Source: a virus (taxonomy: Duplodnaviria; Caudoviricetes). From it: 28,306 nucleotides of DNA. How positions within the stretch are numbered: the stretch's first letter is position 1; every line of letters starts with the position of its first letter. The stretch is from positions 1 to 28,306 of IMG/VR virus record IMGVR_UViG_3300038530_001907, one strand, 5' to 3'. Below the pieces are notes generated by a model that searched no databases, was not told where the DNA came from, and saw nothing but the letters and a program-made list of their open reading frames with translations. Positions 8,795 through 19,300 of this stretch are shown here, piece after piece. The position numbers and the translations under genes were made by a program.

Positions 8795-10348
8795 TTAGAA
8801 TTCCAGGATGATTTTAACGTCTTCTTTTTGTCTTGAATTTCTGGAGATTGCTGGACGATTGTCAATATAGACAATATCTCCTGACCCTTTATTTATCTCA
8901 GGACTGGCAATCCCATCTTGAATTTGGGTTGCCATAGAAATAAGTTTTGTTCCAGTTGGGTTTGTAGTGACACCGGTAAATCCAGTATCAATAGTGCCCG
9001 AAAAACCTCCAGTCGATGTAACTGCGTTGGTTGATGAGGCAAACTCATATAATTTTCCGCTGGTAGAAACACCAATGTAATCAGTTTGATCAAATGAAGT
9101 TTGATTTAAGAAAGCATTCCTATCTTGGAAATATTTGAGAACTTTAGTTTCATTATCGAATGAAGCAACAAAACCAACCGCTGTCCCTCCAGTGACCGAT
9201 TGAGAAATCTTATCACCAACAGAAACTGTTCCACTAATAGATGAAGGTAAAAACTTCAGAGCACCCAGAGATGAAAATTGATTTTCTGTAAATACTGTGG
9301 TAGATCCTAAAGAGGTTGGATTCTTAACAATGCCAATCTGTGCGAAAGTTACATCAGTTGGAAAATCTTTAGTGGAATCATCAAATCTTGCATAAACAAG
9401 AACTCTGTCAGCACCAAGTTCTTTATAAAGGTCTTGTCCATGACCTTTTGCTGGAGGAATAATTGGAATAAGTTTTGCTTTAGTGGAAGAATTGGAATTA
9501 ATAGTACCGAGATCAACTATGCCGTAAGAGTAATTTTTACCACCTGCGGAAACAACTGTATCGGTAATCTTACCATTTACGTCAACATTAACAACGACTT
9601 TACCTCCAGTTCCATCACCTAAAATGTTAACTTCATGTGAACCTTGGGAATACCCTAATCCTTGCTTATCAATATAAACTTTCTTAATTTGATTCTCATT
9701 AGTATCAGAATCACCATTATCTCTAACAGCAGTTATTTGAGCATCTGTTGATGTAGGCCAATCATTTGGTAAAGCAATATATTCTGTAGAGTCAAATTTA
9801 ATAATATCACTTGGGGATACTGTAAAAAGGAATTTCCAAAGATATCCATCACCACTCACACCAGCTTTAGAGGGTTCAAGATCAGTAAAAGTTGGTTCAT
9901 CAAGAGATGCATTTCCTGTAGTGTTTATTCCAGAAGATGCATTATCAATACAAACGTAAACTTTAAAATCACTATTCATTACATAGTAATTAGTATCATA
10001 AAGTCTAGAAGAATTTGTAGTTGGAGAAAGATTCTTCAAACTATAATCGTGGCGGTACATTTCATATTTTGTACCTCTAGTCCAGTCAATTCTTCTTATA
10101 AGTCTTCTTATATTGGCAGAAGAAACTTTCTTACCAAAAGACATATTGTCACCAATAAAATTGGCGTAGTCAACATTATCAGTAGGACTAGGAGTATTTG
10201 TATCCCAATCAGTGGTTCTTCCAAATCCAACTATGGCAGGGTTGGACAAACCAACAAAAACATAGTAAGAATTTGAAGAACTCGTGACGGAATCTACAAA
10301 ATTTCCTGCATTTAATATTCTAAACTGATCGGTTACAATTGCCGCCAT
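8795..10348 (-). CDS. gp8: Baseplate wedge subunit gp8 (517 aa)
   Basis: MAAIVTDQFRILNA...RRIDWTRGTKYEMYRHDYS...YYVMNSDFKVYVCIDN...DGYLWKFLFTV...SGDIVYIDNR...QKEDVKIILEF. Gene order gp25-gp6-gp7-gp8. Confidence 0.92.
   Translation of the reverse strand: MAAIVTDQFRILNAGNFVDSVTSSSNSYYVFVGLSNPAIVGFGRTTDWDTNTPSPTDNVDYANFIGDNMSFGKKVSSANIRRLIRRIDWTRGTKYEMYRHDYSLKNLSPTTNSSRLYDTNYYVMNSDFKVYVCIDNASSGINTTGNASLDEPTFTDLEPSKAGVSGDGYLWKFLFTVSPSDIIKFDSTEYIALPNDWPTSTDAQITAVRDNGDSDTNENQIKKVYIDKQGLGYSQGSHEVNILGDGTGGKVVVNVDVNGKITDTVVSAGGKNYSYGIVDLGTINSNSSTKAKLIPIIPPAKGHGQDLYKELGADRVLVYARFDDSTKDFPTDVTFAQIGIVKNPTSLGSTTVFTENQFSSLGALKFLPSSISGTVSVGDKISQSVTGGTAVGFVASFDNETKVLKYFQDRNAFLNQTSFDQTDYIGVSTSGKLYEFASSTNAVTSTGGFSGTIDTGFTGVTTNPTGTKLISMATQIQDGIASPEINKGSGDIVYIDNRPAISRNSRQKEDVKIILEF
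8890..8897 (-). promoter_or_regulatory. Putative intragenic late promoter GATAAATA for the VrlC-like gene
   Basis: NATAAATA inside the gp8 3' end, about 99 nt upstream of the ATG at 8791. Confidence 0.4.
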
Positions 10349-10366
10349 CGTAATAGCTTTTTTCTA

Positions 10367-10374
10367 TATTTATA
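10367..10374 (-). promoter_or_regulatory. T4 late promoter TATAAATA
   Basis: Perfect gp55 consensus in the 27-nt gp7-gp8 gap, 18 nt upstream of the gp8 ATG. Confidence 0.85.
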
Positions 10375-10375
10375 A

Positions 10376-13300
10376 CTATCCTAGATCCTTTCTGAGAGAT
10401 CCATTTTCTCTGAGACCAAATCCACGTCTTTGAATAGTTGGGAACGTTGACAATCCAGAATCAACTGTTAGTCCAGTAACTCCTATAGAAATTGGAGACG
10501 TTGACCTAGTGAATCCAGAAAGTCTACCCCAAGAGAGTGTTCCTCTTGGACTTGTAAGACTACCGACAGTGGTGAGACCAGAGTGTGGAGTTGTAGAAAG
10601 AATATTACAAGTGGCAACACCAGTGGTCGCTGTTGTATGTAGATCATTGATAATGTAGACATTATCCAGGAAAGTAGTTCCAATAGCAACAACTGCATTA
10701 TCAGAACTATTAATAGATGTGACGCCGTTACCGACAGTTGTATTTGTGATAAAGATTGGATAACCCTCTGCTAACCCAGATGTACTGGAAGCAGTAAAAC
10801 TAAAGGCAAGTGCTAATGAATTTGATCCAGTTCCAACTGCGGTTGCGATACCCGTAATTGTCGCAGCAAATCCTGCGACAGCAGTGATTCCAGTCAAAGA
10901 TTCAACAGAAATTGCTGGAGAAGAAACGATAACTTGAGGAGGAACTGTTTGACTATATCCAATTCCTGCATTTGTTATAGAAACTGCAGAAATAGAACCG
11001 TTTGTAATGGTTGCTGTGGCAGTGGCAGTTGTTCCAACACCTACACCTACTGCTTTAGGTGCTGCAATTTTAATGGTGGCAGAACCAGAATAACCAGAAC
11101 CACCAGAAGTTATGTTCAGAGAACTAATCGTTCCCGCAGCAGAAACTACAGCAGTAACAGCAGCAGAAACTGGTTCAGTTGTGGTATTTACAAGTAAACC
11201 GTTAACGCTGGCGATGTTGATAGAAGATTCATTTTCTTCATAATTAAAGAACTGAGCGTCGTCAACAAATATTTCGGTAGCAGAGGTAGAAACTCCACCA
11301 ATAACTCTTGCGGTTGGATAAACTTGAGTTTCAATAGAATCTCTAGATTTATCAACAAGATCTCCACCAATTTTTTTAGATCTCTTTTGCTTAGTCCAAC
11401 TTATTGGTCTGAAGTTTGTATCATCAATTCCAAGACCTGCATAAATGTTAGACTCAACTCTGTCAGAGCTTGCAATTTTGTGAACCGTTCTTGGATCTTG
11501 AGCAACAGTTGTGTCACTATTTTGTAATTGTAAAATATCACCAATTTTAACTGTTTCATTTACATCTACACTGACACTATCAACTCCTCTTGTTCCTCTA
11601 TAGAAGAATATATCAATGTTATCTTTTGATCCTCCTGAGGGACTGACTGCTGGTGGGGTGGTGAAGACAATGGAAGTACCACCAACAAAATTGTAGTGTA
11701 CGTTAGGTTGTTGAATTACTCCATTTATGTAAACTAAGAGAACTGCCTCAAGATCAATTTGAGCAGAATCTGGATTATTCCTATCAACTTCAAAACTTAC
11801 AAGACTGCCTTTATAGTTGAGTGGGAATCTTACACGAGATCCATCAACAAGATCTCTAATATTGTCAATATAGTCAAGTTCACCAAATTGCCAGGCAGCA
11901 AATTTATCATTAAAGATGTCCAGAACTTCAAATTCTGGTTCATTAATCATCGCAGGTAATCCTTTAGCAGTTACAAGACCAACTGCTTTGAATTTGTCGC
12001 CAATTCTAAAACCATAACCACTTCTAACAATTTTGAAGTTCTTAACTTCAAATAGTGTGGATCCAATACCAACTGAAGTAATAGCAGGACCAACTTCAAT
12101 ATTAAGAAGAAGATTGCTACCAGAATCAGTTGTCGCACCTTCACTAAGACGAGAAACACCTGTGATAGAAAGATTCTCGTATGATGGTGAAGGAATATTG
12201 ATAGTTGGATTGTAACTATATCCAGTTCCTCCATTTGTTACATTGAACGCAAGAGATCCACCAGCACCAACTGTTACAGTAACAGCGGCAGCGTTTCCAG
12301 TATGATTTGGATCGGTAATTCCAATAGCAACACTTCCACGGTATCCAGATCCAAGAATGTCAGTAGCACCAGCTCCAATAGACTGAATTACACCACCAGA
12401 AACAAATGCGGTTACAGAAGCACCAACAAGAGGAGCAATTCCGAGACCTTGTGTAGATCCAAGAGAAACAAGCATACCACCTCTAGGTAGTTGATTCTTG
12501 TTAACGTCCTCATCCGAGATTACTAATTTGTCATTAGCATCTCGTATACCACTGAAAACTATACTAGAAACACCAACAGATTCACTAAACTCATAACCAC
12601 CACCTGTATTGTTATCAGTTGTTGGAGTTTGGAACATATTGTTAATGAATACCAAACCACTACCAGTCTCAATACCTGTTGTATTAGCACCATTGACTGT
12701 CAATCTGTAGGTTGCGCCTACGCCGGTAAATTGTGAAGTAATATCATCATAAACTTTGTTGGTGCTATAATCTGACCTCAAATAGACTCTTCCATTAAAA
12801 GTAGACTTGTGGAATGGAATATTACTCTCATTAACTGTCTCAGCAACATTACCTCTAGGTGCTTCAGTGAAGTGAATTTCACTTCTGGTCATGTTATAAG
12901 AACCTTGATATAGTCTTATGGTAGAACCATCAGTATGTGTTGTTGCCAATGTTCCAACAAATCCTCTTTCACTCTTAATGACATTGAAAGAACCAGTTCC
13001 AGTTATAGGTCCAATAGTGGTAGTTCCGAGACCAACAGCCTCAACTTTAACATATTCATCATCAACTTTAAGAACATCTCCTGGAAGAATTGAAGAAATT
13101 CCTGAAATACCAAAGTAAGTGGCACCGACTGAAATAGATCCTCCGTTATTACTCAAAGTATGATTGACAGGAGTATATGCTAAAGGTGCTCTAGAAACTC
13201 CGTCAATAGTAATTATAGACTTCTCTATTTTTTTATTCATCTCGAGAGTGTGTCCATTTCCACTTCCAGCAGAGTTAAACGTTACTGCTGCTCCAGTTGT

Positions 13301-16300
13301 ACTAGTAGAAAGTCCAAATTCATTATTATTAGTTTTTACAATATAAACAGTAGAAGGAAGAATACTACCGTCAGACATAACCATGGAAGTATGTGCACCA
13401 CCAACGAAAGTTGATCTTGGTGTGTATGTCACTTCTTCACGATCACTGAAGAAGTGATCGGCAATAGTGAAGGTTCCTGTGGTAAGGTTTACAACATCAG
13501 AATCACTAGGATCAAATTGCTTCTCAAAAATTGAAACTCCATTATGTTTAACCGGGAAATCAAACTTATTAGTTCTATCTCCATTGATAGAGTTAAACTG
13601 TGAAGTTTTTAATTCCTCATTGACAGGTCCGTATGTAAGTACAGCAGGAATGTTATTAAGATCCTTTTCAGTTTGAATGACTTCATTATATGTTTGAACA
13701 GTGATATCATTTGAAATATTTGGATCTGGATGGAAAATCAAAATGAAGTTATCGCCCCTGATCGATGCTCCAAACGTTCCGATTCCCATAGTGCTCCCTA
13801 TGGAAAGATGTGGATACTGAACGGTAAACGCATTCGTTGAATTGTGATTAAATAATACCTGATGTAATGCTGAAGTATTTCCGTAAGAAACTCTAGCAGT
13901 TGTCTTAACTGTAGTTACATCCGATTTTGGATATGTCAATATTGTAGAAATACCCGTTCCAGAGAAAGTAGATGATTTTGTTTCAAGTCTACCTTCTTTT
14001 ACAGATGAGTCTGGTTGACCAGTTGCTTTAAATGTGTGCGTTCCAATTCCAGCAGCTACTGTACCAAAACCAACAATTTTAGAACGAACCAGAACACTGT
14101 TAGATTCTGTATTTTCAAAATCAAGTTTTAATATGTCTGAAGAAATATTGCTGGTAAATGTTCCAATAAAGTTAGAGGATTGTCCTGAAGTGCTGTTATC
14201 AAAATAGAAATCAGATCTATAGGTATCGGTTCCATCATGATCAAGGTACATATCAACAATAGTCTTATCTTTAGTAACTGTGTCAAAAACTTCAATATTG
14301 GCAAACAGTGACTTAGTTAAGACTGAAGAACTTTCATGAACAGTTCCTGTTGAACCGGCGCTAACTGAAACGTTCTTTCCATATAAAGTAACGAATCCAA
14401 TTCCTTGAGTGCCGATACCAGCGAGAGTTGTGTTAAAACTATTTTTAATTAATTTGACATCAATATCACCAACAAAGATATTAGATGGAGTAAGTTTTAA
14501 AGAAACATTTCCATTACTATCTTTAACCGCTTGAAGATCTAGAAGATCATCTTTAGTGTTATGGATAGATGCCTTTTCAACAGTGATTAAATCATCATCT
14601 TTGGTATTAACAACAACAATCTCAGTTGCTTGAAGATCTTTGGAGTCAGGTTTTATAGACTGAATAAGATATCTGATGTATCCATCATTTTCAATAAATG
14701 TATCAATATTAACAAATTCATCCTCATTTGCATTCTCTTGATTAGAGAACTGTGAGTTGAAATTGTCAATTGTTAGAACTCTGTTAGTCTTGCACTCAAT
14801 GTAATCAGAGAGTCTCTTAGTTTTAAATGAGATAAATTTAGACTTGTTATTGGCAGTATCAACATCAACACCAAAATCAAAGAAGTTGATGGCATCAACT
14901 CTCTTGTCATCTATAATATCAATAACTGCACCACTATCCGAAGCTATAGCAGTTATAATACCAGTAACTTCACGTTCACTGACAATTCCAGTATCAGCAA
15001 AATTCTTTAGTCCTGAAGAGTGAAGAACTCTATTTACTGGATTTGACCATTTTTCATATTCAATAGTGCTCTTGACAGAGTACGAAAGATTTTGATAGTA
15101 ATCGTTATCTGCAATAACTTGATAATCTTGATTGAGTTTTCCAATGTCATCTGCCCAACCAATGTCAGTTTCTAGAGAATAGTCAACTTTAAATACTCCC
15201 GTATTTTCATCAATAGACTCAATGGTTGCTATAGTTCCAGATTTTTTGCCAGAAATTACTTCACCCTCAGATAAAGTGTAAGTTCCATAAACTTTAATAG
15301 CATCATTAAGATTACTAGTAATTACCAAATCTCTTTCAATAAATTTATTTCCAGATTTTGTGAAAATAGTTTCGCCAATGAGAAAATCTAGCGTGGTTTG
15401 TTTAACTGTGAATGTTGGATAATTGTTTTTATTAACAAGAGTGGCAAAAGTCTTTTGTCCATCTGTTTGAGCAACTCCAGCGTTAGTTGCATATGGAGAA
15501 ATATCAAATTCAACTTCGGCAGGATTAGTGTTTCTATAAGCGGTTACTTTGAAGAAGTTGAAACTATAATCTTCAGAGTTAAATCCAGTTCCTGTAGTTG
15601 ATGCCAAAGAAATGTTTTCAGCATAAACAAGATCATTCACAGCAAACGGGGCAGTGTCAACTGTAAATCCAAGTGTTGGAGTTGTGAGAACACACGTCAC
15701 AACACCTGCTGGTGACGAGAAGACACTACTAATACCAACGCCATTACTATTATTTTTTGCAAAAATCTTAGATGTAACGTCAGAAATTCCTTTTGGTACA
15801 TCAAGTATTTCAACATTGCTGATAGAAGATCCTTGAAGATTAGCAACTACAACACCATTATCATATGCTAGTCCTGTGGAAGGATCTACAACAACTAAAT
15901 CTGGAGCTACTGTGTATCCAGAACCACCAGAAGTTATACTGATGTCAGAAATAGTATTTCTGTTTATAACGGTAATATTTGGTGATATAAAGACTTCTGG
16001 ACTTAAAGTTTTATCTGCGGAAAAATCAAATCCAGGATCTTGAATTGTAACCTGATTAATTCTACCAACGGTGGTGGATGTTGGAATAATATCAGCATTT
16101 ATACCCGCAGTTGAAGCAATACTGACAAATCTAGGAAGTTTTTTGTAGTTAGCTCCACCAAAGGTAATATTCATTTTTTCAATACCACCAAGAGCTCTTG
16201 GTGATGATGTAGAATACTTTAATACACTAGTATTTGACTGGGAGTAATTAAGTTTTTCTGGAACACTATTTAAAGAAACCGAGAAAACTGTTTGTCCAAC

Positions 16301-19300
16301 ACCAGTGACTTCATAAGAACCTTTATAAGTACTATCAACAAAATTAATTTCAGAATAATTTGAAACCTCAGTATCAGCAGTGCTGATAAAACCCGCTTTG
16401 TCTAACTGATAATATACTTTTGATGGTAGATCTTTGTGGAAGTTAAGAGTAACTGTAGATGCTGTAACAGTATTTGCTATTCCAACAGTGCCTACACCAA
16501 CTGTGCTGAATGTTGTAGAAGATCCAATAGAAACTAATTCATTTTTAAAATCGCGATCATAATAAAGTTTGAAGTCATAACCACTCAAAGAAGCATCATT
16601 TACATTAAATATTAAATTATTATCTCTGACGACATTAAGTCTTGGGTTAATTGGAGACAACTCTTGACTGGATCCACCAATAGATCCAAAACTAACTACC
16701 GTTGGTGGCGTAGAAACTGCCTCAAATCTTGTGTTTGTGAGATTAATAGTATTATCGTCAATTCTGTAAACAAAGTAAGATCCTGTGTTAAGACCAGATA
16801 TAATGAGATCGGAATCGTAAAATACCTTATCACCAGTCCTGAGACCATGCTCAGTAAGAGTCAATCTGTTTGTGGAGGTGTTTACTGCAGCAGAGGTGAA
16901 TCCGATAGGATTAACAAGTAACTTATCATTTGCTGAATTATACTTGAGATATACCGAGACTGATGTGCCAATACCGACAGATTCTTCAGGATTGACAGTT
17001 AAATTAATGTTGTCACCATTATTAAGACCATGTGCTGTGGAAACAGCAACTTTTGCTTTAATCTTCTCTACCTTAGCAGTTACTTGAGTTTTATTTGAAG
17101 TTAAAGAATATCTGAAGTCTCTACTATCAGCATTAGAAACTATGGTTCTGAAATAAACACCGTCAGTATTTGTGGTGAGTCCTACCTGAGTACAAAGTCC
17201 AATTACATCATCATTTTTCTTAACTACAAAGAGAGATTGACTATTTCCACTTAGAGGGATGCTGAAAGTTGCGCTTGTAGGACTGTTAGAAACGGTAAAT
17301 CCTTGCGAACCAGCAAATCTTTCAAAAGTGACTTCTTGACCGGTCTTGAAAGGGTGATTGGGTAAGTAAATTCCTCTAATTGGAACAGAAATGTCATAAT
17401 GACGACTTCCAATAAAGTATGTTTTAGAAGAACCGGATCCAGTTGTTGTACCAACACCTACAGACTGAATACTATTGAAAAATAATTTATCATTTGTAGA
17501 AGAATCAAAGTAAGAAGCATTCACTGGTAAAGTAAATTTACTTGGAGATACAAATACTTCAGTTTTTGCTGTATGTGCGGCACCTACAATCCCTCTCAAG
17601 ACCCTTACGACCTTTTTATCTGGATATGTACCCAAAACAGATAAAGTCTCTGTACCAATGCCCAGAGTGCTGCCTACAGAAATAGAGTCAACAATTCTAT
17701 TAACAAAAATATCAGTAACAAAACCAACTGTAGAGTTAGCTGCCACTTCAACCGAAAGTCTAGTTCTTTCTGAAGAAACACCAATTTTATGAGATTTTGT
17801 TAATCCTGGAATGAAGGTTGAGAGTCCGGAAACTGCAATCTGGTCATTATTAAAGTATCCATGAGAAGGATCTACATTTACCGATACTGTGCCATTCTTT
17901 TCCCAGACAAGAACCGCATTTTGATGACTCTCAATGGTAGTAGTTACATCTACAATCGACTTTCCTGTAACCTCACTAACGAATGCAGAAAGACCACCAC
18001 CATTTGTATCAGTATTATCAAATGATCCAAGTTCTCCAACTCTATAATCTGATCCTGGGTTTTTAATAGTTAAATCAGATACTGATCCCTTAGTAATAGA
18101 ATCAATAGTTGCACTTTGAACTAAAACTTCATTAGGTTCAAATATAAAGTCATTATCTGCAAATTTATCACCTACAACATATGGCAGAGTATTTCTTCTC
18201 AAATCTGAAGAATTGAAATCAAATTCCTGATTAAGAGTTTGACTTTCTAATACTGAAGAATAACTTTCACCTAAGAAGTATGGGAATTTGCTATTCTTAC
18301 CGTCACTTGTAATAGAAGCATGGTAAGCATAAACTCCATTTGGATATTCGGGAGTCTTGGCATATCTACCGTTATGCTCATCAAGATCTCCAGAAGCAGT
18401 AAATTTATAATCTTCAACGAAGAATCCAGAAACAAATCCTTCAGGTCTGTTAGAAATTTCAGATGTTCTTAATTCATATCCACTTGCTAAAATTTTAACA
18501 CCAGAGTTTATATCTGACGCATCAGAGAAACCATAGGCACCATATATGGGGTTACCATCATATGCCCAACCAATAATTGGGGAGTGTGTGCCGCCAACAT
18601 CTCCAAAGGTATTAGAACCAATACTAGTTGAATATCCAACGAAACCATATGCTAACTTTTCACTCTCCTCAATAAGAATTTCATCACCAAATCTACTATG
18701 TGTGTTGTAAGTAAGATCTCTAACTTCAACATCAACCAGAGCATTTACACCCGCAGACGTAACTTTTATTGAGGTAGTATTCTGATCATAACCAGCACCA
18801 GCAGTAATAACTACAACATTAGTTATTTTACCACCCGAAACAATTGCTCTAAGTTCTGCACCAATACCCTCACCTTCAACTACAAGATCTGGAGCGGAAG
18901 AATATTCAACACCAGGATTTGTGACTTGAACTGAAGATATTTTTCCATCTACAATGAGTGGTTTTAGTTCAGCATTTTTACCATTTTTTATAGTAACAGT
19001 TGGTTTTTTGTGGAAATTAAGAACTGTTGATCCATATCCAGTTCCAGTTTCATAAAGATATAAGTCAATAATCTCTCCTCTAACAGATGGAGTTGCGGTG
19101 ATTACACCAGTTACTCCATCATATTCCGCATTAACTGTGATTGTTATATCTGGATAAGCAAAGTTTTGAATTCCAGTTCCTACACCAGTGATATTAACAT
19201 GCTGTTTTTTGATATAATCTGTAGTATTAGTTCCACCAACACCAGCGTTTGCCAGTCTAAAAGAATGGTCATCAAGTTTTAAAACTTGATACTGAACTGT

